DNA of 64,000 nucleotides from Leucoraja ocellata. Lineage: Eukaryota. Each line of letters starts with the position of its first letter. The first letter of the stretch is position 1. This document shows, piece after piece, positions 48,540-63,569 of this stretch. The stretch spans positions 6,262,001 through 6,326,000 of the forward strand of contig JAWMAR010000010.1 of NCBI GenBank assembly GCA_036785375.1, in the 5' to 3' direction. The translations under genes were made by a program, and so were the position numbers. Under the pieces are notes generated by a model. It was not told the DNA's origin. It did no database searches and saw only the letters and a program-made list of their open reading frames with translations.

Positions 48540-51500
48540 CCGGAACCGTTGGTGAGCAGTCGAGGAGGGTCAGGGCGGTGAGTATATAAATCGGGCGCGG
48601 GGCTTGTTTTCACAGAGGCCCAGGACCGTTGGAGAGCAGTGGAGGAGGGTCAGGGCGGTGAGTATATAAATCGGGCGCGGGGCTTGTTTTCACAGAGGCC
48701 CAGGACCGTTGGTGCAATGGAGGAGGGTCAGGGCGGTGAGTATATAAATCGGGCGCGGGGCTTGTTTGGTGGAGGAGGGTCAGGGTAATCTGTAACGTTC
48801 ACCAAAATCCGTAACGTTCCACACTCCATAGGGAGGGTTCTGGTGGAAGCCGCTGATTGGTGGAAGCAGCCTAGAGGAAGCAGCTGATTGGGTGCAACAT
48901 CAGGTTAGCATTTGTGCTTTCTGGTTAAAGGGGCAGTGCTTTAGTTAAGGTACAGTGGGTTAAAGGGTACAGTGGGCTAAAGGTACAGTGCTTTAGTAAA
49001 TGTACAGTGAGCCAACGGTACAGTGGGTTAAAGGTGCAGTGCTTTAGTTAAGGCACAGTGAGTCAAGGGTACATTGGGCTATAGGTACAGTGCTTTTTGT
49101 TTATATAATAAAGGTGCAGTTTAAAGGTCACGAGGGAGCAGCTGTTGTGAGTCAGATACCTGCTGATTTCTCCCAGCAGTTTCTATTGTATCTTACTGGT
49201 ATCAGATCCAGGGTAAGGCGGGAGAATGACAGTCAGAGCAGTATACTGTTCTGGATGTCAGATGTGGGAGGTCATGGTGTCGGATGGCCCTCCAGACATC
49301 CACATCTGCACCAGGTGCTGAGAGATGGGGCTCCTAAGGGACCGTATTAGGATCCTGGAGCAGCAGCTAGATGACCTCGCTCTGATCAGGGAGAGTGAGG
49401 AGGTCATATAGGGGAGTTATAGAGAGGTGGTCACTCCAAAACAACGGGAGAGAGACATGTGGGTCACGTTAAGGAAGGGCAATGGGCAGAGGCAGGAACG
49501 AGTGAGTACTACAATGTCGGTACACCTCGCAAATAAGTACTCCTGTTTGAGTACGGATGGGAGTGACAGCCTACCCGGGGGTAGTGACAGCGGACGGGCC
49601 TCCAGCTCAGAGACCGGCCCTGTTGCTCCAAAAGCTAGGGAAAAAAAGAGGGCAATAGTAATTGGGGACTCTATTGTTAGGGGGTCGGATAGGCGATTCT
49701 GTGGACGCAGTCGGGAGACCAGGATGGTGGTCTGCCTCCCTGGTGCCAAGGTCTCGGACGTGTCTCAACGCATCCAAGATATTCTTAAATCAGAGGGAGA
49801 GGAGCCTGAGGTCGTGGTACATATAGGTACCAATGACATAGGAAAAAAAAGGGAAGAGGTCCTGAAGGGAGGATTTAGGGAGTTGGGAGGAGAGTTAAGA
49901 AAAAGGACGAAAAAGGTAACAATCTCAGGATTACTGCCTGTGCCACGCGACAGTGAGAGTAGGAATGGAGCGTGGCTGAAAGACTGGTGGCTGAAAGACT
50001 GGTGGCTGAAAGACTGGTGCAGAGGCTGGTGAAAGATGCGTGGCTGAAAGACTGGTGCAGAGGGCAGGGATTCAAGTTCCTGGATCATTGGGACTTCTTT
50101 TGGGGAAGGTGGGACCTGTACAGAAAGGATGGGTTGCACTTGAACCCGAGGGGGACCAATATCCTAGCGGGGAAATTTGCAAAGGCAGCTGGGGAGACGT
50201 TAAACTAGAATGGTTGGGGCGAGGGACTCAAATAGCGAAAGGTAGTAGACAGAATGGGAGGCAGGAAGCAGAAATGGGAAGCACTCGGACACAAGAGGAG
50301 AAAGGAAAAAAAGGAAATAAACAGAGAATAAGAGACGGGGGTTTTCTTAAATGTGCATATTTTAATGCTAGGAGCATTGTAAGAAAGATGGATGAGCTTA
50401 GAGTCTGGATAGACACCTGGAAGTATGATGTTGTGGCGATCAGTGAAACGTGGTTGCAGGAGGGCTGTGATTGGAAACTAAATATTCCAGGATTTCGTTG
50501 CTTCAGGTGTGATAGAATTGGAGGGGCAAGAGGTGGAGGTGTTGCATTGCTAGTCAGGGAAGATAGTACAGCAGTGCTTTGGCAGGATAGATTGGAGGGC
50601 TCATCTAGGGAAGCTATTTGGGTGGAATTGAGAAGTGGGAAAGGTGTAGCAACACTTATAGGGGTGTATTATAGACCGCCAAACGGGGAACGAGAATTGG
50701 AAGAGCAAATATGTAAGGAGATAGCAGAGATTAGTAGTAAGCACAAGGTAGTGATTGTGGGAGATTTCAACTTTCCACACATAGACTGGGAAACACATTC
50801 TGTAAATGGGCTGGATGGGTTGGAGTTTGTAAAATGTGTGCAGGATAGTTTTTTGCAGCAATACATAGAGGTACCTACTAGAGGAGGGGCAATGCTGGAC
50901 CTCCTGTTAGGAAATGAGACTGGACAGGTGGCGGAGGTATGCGTTGGGGAGCACTTCGGGTCCAGTGATCACAATACCATTAGTTTCAATATAACTATGG
51001 AGAGGGTCAGAACTGGACCTAGGGTTGAGATTTTTGATTGGAGAAAGGCTAACTTTGATGCGATGCGAGATGATTTAAAAGGAGTGAACTGGGACATTTT
51101 GTTTTATGGGAAAGATGTAGAAGAGAAATGGAGGACATTTAAAGGGGAAATTTTAAGAGTACAGAATCTTTGTGTTCCTGTTCGGTTGAAAGGAAACAGT
51201 AAAAATTGGAAAGAGTCCTGGTTTTCAAGGGAAATTGGACATCTTGTTCGGAAAAAGAGGGAGATCTACAATAATTATAGGCAGCATTAAGTAAATGAGG
51301 TGCTTGAGGAGTATAAGGAATGTAAAAAGAATCTTAAGAAAGAAATTAGAAAAGCTAAAAGAAGATATGAGGTTGCTTTGGCAAGTAAGGTGAAAGTCAA
51401 TCCAAAGGGGTTCTACAGCTATATTAATAGCAAAAGGATAAGGAGGGATAAAATTGGTCCATTGGAGAGACAGAGTGGACAGCTATCTGCAGAGCCAAAA

Positions 51501-53231
51501 GAGATGGGGGAGATATTGAACATTTTTTTTTCTTCGGTATTCACCAAGGAGAAGGATATTGAATTATGTGAGGTAAGGGAAACTAGTAGAGTAGCTATGG
51601 ATACTATGAGGTTCAAAGTAAAAGAAGTACTGACACTTTTGAAAAATATAAAAGTGGATAAGTCTCCAGGTCCTGACAGGACATTCCCTAGGACATTGAG
51701 GGAAGTTAGTGTAGAAATAGCCGGGGCTATGACAGAAATATTTCAAATGTCATTAGAAACGGGAATAGTCCCCGAGGATTGGCGTACTGCGCATGTTGTT
51801 CCATTGTTTAAAAAGGGTTCTAAGAGTAAACCTAGCAATTATAGACCTGTTAGTTTGACTTCAGTGGTGGGCAAATTAATGGAAAAGATACCTAGAGACA
51901 ATATATATAAGCATCTAGATAAACAGGGTCTGATTAGGAACAGTCAACATGGATTTGTGCCTGGAAGGTCATGTTTGACTAATCTTCTTGAATTTTTTGT
52001 AGAGGTTACTAGGGAAATTGACGAGGTTAAAGCAGTGGATGTTGTCTATATGCACTTTAGTAAGGCCTTTGACAAGGTTCCTCATGGAAGGTTGGTTAAG
52101 AAGGTTCAACTGTTGGGTATAAATGCAGGAATAGCAAGATGGATTCAACAGTGGCTGAATGGGATAAGCCAGAGGGTAATGGTGGATGGCTGTTTATCGG
52201 GTTGGAGGCAGGTGACTAGTGGGGTGCCTCAGGGATCTGTGTTGGGTCCTTTGTTGTTTGTCATGTACATCAATGATCTGGATGAAGGTGTGGTAAATTG
52301 GATTAGTAAGTATGCAGATGATACCAAGATAGGGGGTGTTGTGGATAATGAAGAGGATTTCCAAAGTCTACAGAGTGATTTAGGCCATTTGGAAAAATGG
52401 GCTGAAAGATGGCAGATGGAGTTTAATGCTGATAAATGTGAGGTGCTACACCTTGGCAGGACAAATCAAAATAGGACGTACATGGTAAATGGTAGGGAAT
52501 TGAAGAATACAGTTGAACAGAGGGATCTGGGTATAACCGTGCATAGTTCCTTGAAGGTGGAATCTCATATAGATAGGGTGGTAAAGAAAGCTTTTGGTAT
52601 GCTAGCCTTTATAAATCAGAGCATTGAGTATAGAAGCTGGGATGTAATGTTAAAATTGTACAAGGCATTGGTGAGACCAAATCTGGAGTATGGTGTACAA
52701 TTTTGGTCGCCAAATTATAGGAAGGATGTCAACAAAATAGAGAGAGTACAGAGGAGATTTACTAGAATGTTGCCTGGGTTTCAACAACTAAGTTACAGAG
52801 ATAGGTTGAATAAGTTAGGTCTTTATTCTTTGGAGCGCAGAAGGTTAAGGGGGGACCTGATAGAGGTCTTTAAAATGATGAGAGGGATAGACAGAGTTGA
52901 TGTGGACAAGCTTTTCCCTTTGAGAATAGGGAAGATTCAAACAAGAGGACATGACTTCAGAATTAAGGGACAGAAGTTTAGGGGTAATATGAGGGGGAAC
53001 TTCTTTACGCAGAGAGTGGTGGCGGTGTGGAATGAGCTCCCAGTGGAAGTGGTGGAGGCAGGTTCATTGGTATCATTTAAAAATAAATTGGATAGGCATA
53101 TGGATGAGAAGGGAATGGAGGGTTATGGTACGAGTGCAGGCAGGTGGGACTAAGGGGAACAACATTTGTTCGGCATGGACTTGTAGGGCCGAGATGGCCT
53201 GTTTCCGTGCTGTAATTGTTATATGTTATAT
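48540..53231 (+). mobile_element. Full-length CR1, copy 2
   Basis: Same TSD; ORF2 is split only by the TAA at 51288-51290. Confidence 0.95.
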
Positions 53232-54472
53232 GGTTACTGAGGAGGTTTATAAGCATGATCCCAGGAATTAGTAGATTAACCTATGATGAGCGTTTGTCGG
53301 CACTGGGCCTGTACTGCCTGGAGCTTAGAAGAATGAGGGGGGTGGTGGAGGGAGTCGTTGAGACTTACAGAATAGTGAAAGGCTTGGATAGATTAGAGGT
53401 GGAGAGGATTTTGCGCAAGGAGTGTCTAGGATTAGAAATCATAGCCTCAGAAGTAAAGGACGTTGTTTAAGGAACGAAATGGGGACTTTATGAAACTGGA
53501 GCACCCGGAGATAGCCACACGGTCACAAGGGGAACGACAATCTCCGTACAGACAGCACCCTAGGCCAGTATCAAACTCAGCATATCTGGTGTTGTCAGGC
53601 AATGAATCTACCGCTACGTAGTTGTGTCCAATTCCCATCGTCTCATTAATCCAAGAACATTGTTCACTTCTTCAGTTCACCGACCAGCAATGTGTATGAA
53701 GGCTGCGTTCAATCAGTAATGGAATTGACTTTGCTGCAGGCCGAGCTCAGGACGTTCGTCTACTTGTTAGATAACGCCTGGCCAATGCCCTCCTCAATTA
53801 CCTCCACAGTTCCTGGGTGGTCTCCGATCTGCGCCATGTGCTATATTTCCCAGTCGACTGATGTCGGTGAAAGCGAACAAGGCTTGCAAGAAAACAAGTG
53901 GTCGAATTTGGACGGCGGGACAGCTCTATTGGGAGCAAGCATGAACCCAATCGGCCCAATGACATCCTTTGTCGTATTAAGTAGTTCAGAACAGACGTTG
54001 CATTTAAGTATAATAATATGATTATTAAGAGTTTAGACACGCTAGAGGCAGGAAACACGTTCCCGATGCTTGGGGAGTTCAGAACCAGGGGTCATAGTTT
54101 AAAAGTAAGAGGTGGGCCATTTAAAACGGAGGGGAAGAACAACTTTCTCACACAGAGAGTTGTGAGACTGTGGAGGCTGATTCTCTGGATGCTTTCAAGA
54201 GAGAGCTAGTCAGAGTTCTCAAAGGTAGCAGAGTCAAGGGATATGGGGAGAAGGCAGGAACGGGGTACTGATCGTGGATGATCAGCCATGATGATATTGA
54301 ATGGCGGTGCTGGCTCGAGGGACCGAATGACCTACTCTTGCACCTATTGTCTATTGTCTATATCAAAATAAAGCAAACCAATAAATGTTAGGTAAGTGGT
54401 TTAATCACGTTGATATATTTTCAATCTAAACGAATTAATTGATTACATGCTTCAGATTAAGAATAGCGCGAC

Positions 54473-54585
54473 TTAAATTCCCTGACACCTTCGTATGACT
54501 CGCCGGTGGTTGGCCGATTGGATGTACACGGTGTTCGAAATTTCGGTCCTCCCAGCCTCCTGCGATCTATCAGTATCGACCATTT
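54473..54585 (-). CDS. Terminal exon of cassette B'
   Basis: Duplicate of 15137-15249. Confidence 0.65.
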
Positions 54586-56895
54586 CTGCAGTGGACAGAA
54601 CATGAGTTATTAAAGTGAGTGTGGGTAATGGTACATATACATGACCACAGTTAACAGCCAGCAGAAATATTTGACGGTGGTTTGTCCGGGACATCAACTG
54701 AACGGAGACTCTTCGGCCGCACGGTGGCGCAGCGGTAGAGGTGCTGCCTTGCACTGGTGCCGTCTGTGTGGAGTGTGTACCGCGTGTTTTTTTCTTCCGG
54801 GAGCTCCCTTCTCCTCCCGCACTCGCAAGACGTGCAGGTTTATGGGTTAATTTGCTTATTAACTTGCAAATTGCCCCTCGTGTGTCGCGTAGTGGTCTAC
54901 GCGGACTGGATGGGCCGAAGGTCTGTTTCCTCGCTGTACCTCTCAGTCTAAAGTCATTATTTACAACAACATTTGGGGTTAACACGCAATCGCATGCGCC
55001 TAACCGCAGGCCAAGGGAGTCAAGAGTGTTTTATTGTCATATGTCCCAAATAGGAGAATAAAATTCTTACTTGCTGCAGCACAACAGAATATGAAAACAT
55101 ACTACATAACGGGAGAAAAAAAGTTCAGTGTGTATATATACGCAGAATGGCGAACGACAGGTGGATATTAATCTCTGCAGGTGGAAGGTGTAGCATTTTG
55201 TTTCTATTGGTGTCAGTATGACACACACAAGGAATGGGAACGTCCTGGTTTGCATACAGGGACAGAGGGATCTTCGTTTAGAAATCGAAGGAGCGAAGGA
55301 AGGCAGAGTATTGGAGATCAGGGAAGGACTGAGATGAGAATCTGAGCAGTAATATGGTTGTCAACAATGATCACACAATTAGATTCATTTGAATTATATT
55401 AGGTTGCTAATATCTTGGAATGGTCAACCCTACAGATTAAACTGGATGTCAGAGAAGGGAGTGGCTATGGAGGTTTAATCATGACCCAAACACATCAGCG
55501 AGCTAGACAAAACATGCTGCAATAACTCAATGGGTCGGGCAGCATGTCTGGGGTAAAAAAGAATAGGTGACGTTTCGGGTCGAGACCTTTCATGACCGAG
55601 CTTTTAGCTCTAGGAGCAAGACGATGGGCGTTTTACGGCACCGGGCCTGTACTCGCCGGAGTTTAGAAGGCTGATAGTGGACTTCATTAAAACTTACCGA
55701 ATAGTGAAAGGCTTCGATAGAGTGGATGTTGTGCGGGTGTTTAGTGGGAGAGTCTAGGGCTAGAGTACATAGCCTTAGAATTAAAGAACGTGCATTTAGG
55801 AAGGAGATGAGGTGAAATGTAATTTGTCATAAGCTTGTGAATCTGTAGAATTCTGCCACAGATGGCTGTGGAGGCCAAGTTAATGGATATTTGTAAGGCA
55901 GGAATAGATAGATTGTTGATTAGTTCAAGTTCAAGTTCAAGTTCACATTTATTGTCACATGCACCAATTATAGTACAGTGATATTTGAATTACCATGCAG
56001 CCATACAATTAAAAGGACACATTACACGATAGAACTTAACATAAACATCCAGGACAGCGATCACTGGAGGAAGGCAATAAGTACGGGTGTTGAGGGTTAT
56101 GGGGAAATAGCAGGGGGGTGGGGTTAGCAGGGAGAGATAGATCAGCATGATTGAATGGCGCAGTAGATTTGATGAGCCAAATGGCCTAATTCTACTCCTG
56201 TCACGTGACCTCATGATTATGCTTTTTCGGTCCCATCTGGGGCTGTGATTAGGACTTATCAACGAGTCTCAGTGCAGGTGGAATGGGCAGAGCCAGCAGT
56301 GTCTTGGGCTTCTACTCCGGTGAGGAACCAGTGATTTGCCAGGCATATATTGTGTGTTTGCATTTATGAAGGCAATTCAACGTGGAAATATACAAAAGTT
56401 ACCAACAGCAAAAATAACCTTTTTGAAGAGCATCGCTGTTATAATGTGGAAAGTGAAGGCGGGAGAATGGGAGGAAAAGATAGATACGCCATGACCGAAT
56501 GACGGAGATTCGATGAGCCTTATGGCCCAATACTGCTCCTATCATTCATGAACGAACCACTGCCCAACGCACGGTGGCGCAGCGCTGGAGAGTTGCTGCC
56601 TCACAACGACCCGTCTGTACGGAGTTTGTACGTTCTCCCTGTGACCAGCGTGGATTTTCTCAGAGTCCGGTTTCCTCCCACTCTCCAAAATCGTAGAGGG
56701 TTGCCGGCTAATTGGCTTGATATAATTGTGAATTATTCTTAGTGTATGCAGGACGGTGTTAGTAGTGTGCGAAGATCGCTGGCCGGCTATCACTCAACAG
56801 GCCTGTTTCCGCACTGTATTTTAAACGGAACTAAACTAAAAGCACAAACTGGTTTTCTGTTACTTAGAGAGAAAGGAATGCATAATGTTACATAC

Positions 56896-56995
56896 CTGAG
56901 TTTGGCACTACAATAAATGAAAGACATCACTAACAGGGCAAAGGTTTTCAATCCAAGCGGAATACACAAGATCACAATGGGGGCAACCTGTGTGA
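56896..56995 (-). CDS. Lys-containing TM exon of cassette B'
   Basis: Identical to 17560-17659. Confidence 0.88.
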
Positions 56996-59246
56996 CTGAA
57001 GAGAGAGTGAGATAGGTCAAACAAGACTCTAGCAAAGAGAGTGAGAAAGTACTAATGGAGGCGGCTCATTTATAAATGTGGTGATAATGTGTCGTTAAAC
57101 AGCAGAATTATTCTGACAAAAATGAGGGTAATGCGCGTGTGTGAAATAATGAGAAAAGGGAGATTAAAAACCACATAGCAATCACGCCGACAGGACTTTA
57201 GACGCGATTGTGTAACGTTCCTCCTGTACTGACTTAATTGGCAACGGACAATGTGCCATTTCAAACGGCTGCGAACTGAAGTGCTTGAAATGGGTGGTAA
57301 ATCCGGGCGACGGGTTAACATTGTAAATGTGCAGTATCATTGGCAATACGCCAGTATTCACAGTAGCACAGTAAACATCACAGTCACTAGTGTATGTATA
57401 TAGGTGGATGAAGCAGGAACTGCGGAGAGAGAGATAGAACTAATACTCCAGGTCAGTGAAGGAACTCTACATTTCCAAATCTACTAATTGCTCTTTTTCT
57501 GTTTTCAATTAACTCAGTGACTGGCGCTCCACGTCCACTGGGGCCGGCTGGTGGTGATGGTGGGGGGTCACACATATCCTACACCTACATATCCCAACAC
57601 AGGTCTACACACTCGAGCCGAGTGCATCTTCACCGCACTCCCTCGACACCATTAATATGTTTATTGTGCAAAACGCAAAGAGATGGAGTAAGGCGGTGGG
57701 TGAGGAAGTATCTGTAGAAGCAATGCGCAGGAGATCTTTTGGTCGGGAGCCCTTCAGAACGATTGCATTGAGGAGAGAAAGCGGGAAGAGATTCGGGGCG
57801 GGGCAATGCCTGCCAAGTGATAGGTGGACCCATGCGGGGAGTGTGTTAATGATTGATTTCTCAATTTGCGTTAAGAAGAACAAAGCTGCCCTCAGTTCTG
57901 CAGGTGGAATCGCACCCTGACCCCATATAATTATACAGTATTGAGACATTTTTATTGACGTACACAAATAATCTCTTAATACAAATTAACTAGCCAGAGC
58001 AGTTGTGGTCTCTTGTACATCGGCCCGTCGGCCTTCAGTGTAACATACATACACTGCCAGATCGCTCTGATCATCGACCGTGCCCCAACTTCTCATAGTT
58101 AATACATACTCTGCTTTTACGCCTTGTTCACCCATTTGGCATGCTTCACATTTAATCTCATTATTAGTTTAATTTAGTTTAGTTTATTATCACGTGTATC
58201 TAAGTGCAGTGAAAAGCTTTTATGGCAGCCGCATTCCATCTGCCGCGTCCCCACCCAACCTTTGGCCTGCCCACACCCACTGAACCTTCTTTACATCATC
58301 GTGCCCACCCAGAGTCTCATCTTCTCTTTTGTCATCGGTCAGATTGCAACTCCGTCATTTGAACATTCAGTCAAAACACTAATACAGGTAGGGACTAAAT
58401 GGGGCCGCTGCATTGCACGCTATGGTATCCAATTGGCCACAATTGGGTAATCTGCCAGAGATGCGTTTATCCCCAACTTGCTATCTAGTCCGAGAACCAA
58501 TTTTCAATCACGGGCGCATGGCCCCCTACGTCTGACTACTCCGGATTTCAGATTGTTGACCAATCTCCCATGCGGGACTTGACCGAGATCCTTCTGATAA
58601 TCCAAACACTCCACATCAATTAGCCTTCTTCAATTCTACTCATCACATCTTGCATAAATCCATGCTGAACATAGAACATAGGAAACTGGAGCACATGAAC
58701 CGGCCCTTCGGCCCACTGTGTCTGTACCGCATATTATGCCAAGCATAACTAATCTCGTCTGGCTGCACACACGATTCATACCATCCTATTCCCTGTATAT
58801 CCATGTGCCTATCAATTAAATTGACTATTGACTATTGACTATTGACTTAAATGTCACCAACATATCTGCTTTCACCACCACCCCTGCCAGCGCGATCCAT
58901 GCACCCACCACTCCCCACTTCACCAACTTGTCCCGCACACCTCATTTAAACATAGCCTATTTCGCCTGCAACCTAAGCCCTCTGGCTTTTGTGTTGTGTT
59001 CTGCTATTACATGCTTCATTATGAGGTTCAGTTTCCAAAGGCTGACCGAAATCTTTCATAGCAATTTGCCGAGCAGACTACACGTTAGTTTAACAAGTCC
59101 AGGTCAATGTAGTTATTGCTGAGTGTAGCAACCGGGATGCCGCCCCCAGGTCCCTGATCTTCAACTTTACGAGCCGAGAGGCGGGTTTTCTGTTCCTGCT
59201 CCCCTCCCTCCACCCCCTCGCTGTACACTGCAGAATGGTTTCTTAC

Positions 59247-59627
59247 CGGGTGTGACCCGCAGCCGGAGCTCACGCTGGTACTGATGAATAATCGGAGGGT
59301 ATAAAATATAAAGGTATTTTGCCTCCGGTTTCCTGATCCGCACGAGACACAAGTAGCCGTGACTGTCGTCCACCCTCAGCTGCTTTATCCAGGTTGAGGC
59401 GTTTCCGCGCTCTGGGTTGCCGACCAGCTCGAACCGAGTTGCTCCGTTCTCCGCCGCCCAGGATCCATCAGCTTGGGGTCTGAACGTGACGATGTGTTGG
59501 TAGGGATCCTTCCTCATCCATGTGACCGCGAGAGGGGCGTGCTTGAGCGGAGGCGGTGGGAACACACATGATAACGTAGCCGAAGCCCCCTCAGTCCCAG
59601 TCACCACTGAGACATTCTCGCCGGAAG
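59247..59627 (-). CDS. Ig V-set exon of cassette B'
   Basis: 381 nt, phase 1-1, donor CCG|GTAAGA; ends YLCLVRIRKPEAKYLYILYPPIIHQYQRELRLRVTP. Confidence 0.9.
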
Positions 59628-59764
59628 CTGAGGGAAGGACAGACACCGGAATGTATCAGCGTTCTGTGGGTGAATGATCTTCACATTCTAGCAAGTGCCT
59701 ACCATCTCCATGCACGTTTGTTCGTGTAATTCCAGTTCAGATTTAGGTGCTCTTAGAATAACCC

Positions 59765-61865
59765 CAACAAAGTCTACACAAGTTACATATAGATTGGGCC
59801 AACCAAATTGGTAAAAGCGCTGGGGAGGAGCATTTCCTCGAATATAGATGTTTAAGCCAATATGTAGAAAAAACGACTAATGGGCAGGCCACCCTAGACT
59901 GGGTATTGCGTTGATGAAGGATTAGTTAGCAATCTTGTTGTGCTATGCCCCTTGGGTAACAGTGACCATGTTATGATGGAATTGTGCATTAAGATGGTGA
60001 GCGACAAGGTTAATTCACAGACTAGGGACTTGAACTTAAAGAAAGGAGACTTTGGCGGTATGAAACGGTAGTTGTATGGGATAGTCTGGTAAATGGTACT
60101 TATAGAGTGACGCTGGAGTTACAATGGCAAAGATTGAAAGATCACATGATGAACTACATTTGTTCATCCCAGCCTGACGTAAAAATAAAACGGGGAAGAC
60201 GGCTCAACCGTGACTAACGTGGCAACAAAAGGATAGCGTTAATTTCAAGGAAGAGGCATATAAATTGGCCAGAGGAAGCAGCAAACCGGAGGACTGGGAG
60301 AAATTTAGAATTCAACGAAGGAGGTCAAATTGGTTAATTAAGAGGGGGGAAATAGAGCACGAAAGAACGCTTGCGGGGAATATAAAAACTGACTGTAAAA
60401 GCTTCATTACATATGTGAAGAGGAAAAGATTAACGAAGACAAATGTAGATCCCTTACAATCAGAGACAGGTGAATTTATAATGGGAAATAACGAAATGGC
60501 AGAACAGTTAAACGAGTAGTTTGGTTCTGTCTTCACTAAGGAAGACACAAACAATCTCCTAGAAATACTAGGGGCAGATGATCTAGTGGGAGGGAGGAAA
60601 TGAAGAGAATCCATTATTAGTCGCGAAATTGTGTTATGTAAACTGTTGGGACTGAAGGCAGATAAATCCCCAGGGCCTGATGGTTTGCATTCCAGAGTAC
60701 TCAAGGAGGTGGCCATGGAAACAGTGGGTGCATTTGTGATCATTTTCCAATGCTCTCTCTATTCTGGATCAGTTTCTGTGGACTGGAGGGTAGCCAATGT
60801 AACTCCACTTTTTAAGAAAGGAGGGAGAGATAAAACAGGGAATTATAGACCAGTCAGCCTTACATTGGTTGTGGGAATGATGCTTGAGTTGATTATTAAG
60901 GATGTAATAGCAGCGCATTTGGAAAGTAGTGACAGGATCGGTCAAAGTCAGCATGGATTTACGAAGGGGATTATGCTTGAAGAGTTTTTTGGATTTATTT
61001 GAGGATGTAATACGTATAATAGATAAGGGAGAACCAGTGGATGTGGTGTATCTGGAATTTCAAAAAGCCTTTGACAAGGTGCCACACAAGATATTAGTGT
61101 GCAAAATTAGAGTACGATGTATCGGAGGACGGGTATTGACATGGATAGAGAACTGGTTGGCAGACAGGAAGCAAAGAGTAGATATTAAGTGGTCCTTTTC
61201 AAAATGGCAGGCAGTGAATAGTAGGTTGCCGCAAGGCTCAGTGCTGGCACTCCAGTTATTTACAATATATATTAACGATTTAGATGAAGGAAGGTATGTA
61301 ACATCTCCAGGTTTGCGGATGACACAAAGCTGAGTGGCAGAGTGAGCAGCGAGGAGGATGCTATGAGACTTGAATATGATGGGTGAGTGGGCAGATGCAT
61401 GGCAGATGCAGTAAAATGTAGACACAGGTGAGGTTATCCACTTTGGTAGCAACAACAAGAAGGCAGATTATAAACATATAACCATATAACAATTACAGCA
61501 CGGAAACGGGCCATCTCGGTCCTACAAGTCCGTGCCGAACAACTTTTTTGGTGTCAGATTAGGAAAACGTTAGGTGCAACGAGACCTGGGTGTGCTTGTA
61601 CAGCAGGGAGTGAAGAAAGCTAATGGCACATTGGCCTTCATTGGGAGATAATTTGAGTTTAGGAGCAAGGAGGTCCTACTGTAGTTGTACAGGGCCCTAG
61701 TGAGGCCACACCTGGAGTATTGTGTGCAGTTTTGCTCTCCAAATTTGAGGAAGGACATTCTTGCTATTGAAGAAGTGCTGTACAGGTTCACCAGGATAAT
61801 TCCCGGGATGGCGGTACGGGTATATGAGGAAAGAATGGGTCGATTGGGCTTGTATTCCCTGAAAA
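59765..61865 (+). mobile_element. Degenerate CR1 ORF2 fragment, copy 2
   Basis: Duplicate of 20400-22500 with different frameshifts. Confidence 0.88.
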
Positions 61866-63569
61866 TTAGGTTTTGTATTCCCTGAAAATTAGGTTGTACC
61901 TCCGGTCAATAACATCGCGGCTGATCTGCTGTCAAACCTCTCTCCATATCCCCGCCTGCTCTCTGTCAACGTTTGCCCTCTTGCTTATCATGTCTCACTC
62001 TGTTTTATGAATGGCGGTCTCCATACGCATTTTCTTCCAACTTAGCCGTGACCAGATAACCTTCACGAACGGCTCGGTGGGTCAAGGGGGCGCCTCACCA
62101 CCACCTTCTGAAGGACACTTAGGTATGTACAATATCACCACATTCCCCACCCGCCCAACCTCATCCATTGACATCAATTGATCTATTTTCCGTCTCAATC
62201 ACATTCTGTTGCCTTTTACCCATAACCCTGACACCCGTACTAATACATTATCCATCTCTGTCATTAAAATATCCATTGACCGCATCGACAGCTTTCGGTG
62301 GCAACGAATTCCACTGATTCAGCAACCTCTGACTAAATATATCCCTTCTCATCTCCTTTCTAAAGGCATGCCCTGCTATTTAGAGGCCACAGCCTCTGGT
62401 CCACTAGTGGAAACATCCTCATCCGGAGAGTGCAGCAAAGCAGACAAATCCAGAGGTACAATGATATTGTGGCCTTGGGGTGACAGTTAGTTACTGTAGC
62501 GAAGAAGGAATATGGCACGCTTGCTGTCATTGGGCAGCACTTTCAATATTATAAGTGGGGCTTTATGTTACAGACCTTCAAGGGTTGGACGAACCAAAGG
62601 TTTGCGGAGAGTGTGGTCTCTACGGAAAGCGAAAATGGGTGGGGATGGGATAACGTTGAAGTTTGGCGAGTAAGGCTTTCAACAAAGTACGGGGAGGATT
62701 AGAACGTGTTTTAAGGAGTCAGATTTCCTTACATAGATCCGGCAAACAGGTTTGACTGAACTTAATCCCCCCTCAAGAAGAATCCCCATGGACGCACAAG
62801 TAGAAGTCCAGCATAAAGGAAGACGGCGGGCGTTGAAGATTGGACTTTGCACAATTTCAATCTTCCAGATGTGTAGACGTGGTCAAAAGTGCAACTCAAG
62901 CTGTGCACGATGTTGCATGCAACACTACTGTTTACATGAACATATGCTATGTGGAGGATGCGTGTAGTATGGAACGAACCTCTTTGGTGGTAGAGTGCGT
63001 TCTGCTTTTTTATTTCCCCGTGTTGCCCGGTAACTCCATCCACCTGTGACCCCTCTGCTCCATGTTCCATTGGGACAACGGGAAATGTTATTGTACAACA
63101 TTTGATGGAGGCAGCCATTTTCGGTTGAAGTCCTGTTTCATCACCAGCCACCAGCCAACCATTCACACTGAGCCCACATTGATACCATTCAGTCCAATAC
63201 AGGCTGTATCTCATTCCCGGGTACCCGTCATCTCTGTTTGTTTCTATTCACCCCGAGGCTGTGAACATTGTTTCTGGACTTTGCAGTTTCTGTGAGGAAG
63301 TGAATCTAAAGAATGAATCAAACGCTGTCAAGATGCAATGAGAGCGACAGCACAACTCTGCAAAGACAACCCCACAGTCACTTCCTCACCAACAGCTAAA
63401 TCGGTGATCTCACGCAATGTTCTTTTCTTGGCAGAACAGAGAGCTATTTAGGAATGAAAAGTGCAGCAGCAAACTTTGCCTCCAGTGGAATCCAACCTTG
63501 GGCAGCAGGGAAGCCACACAGGGGGATAAGTGGATGCTACTCCTAGTGGCCGACATTGATGTGCGTGTT

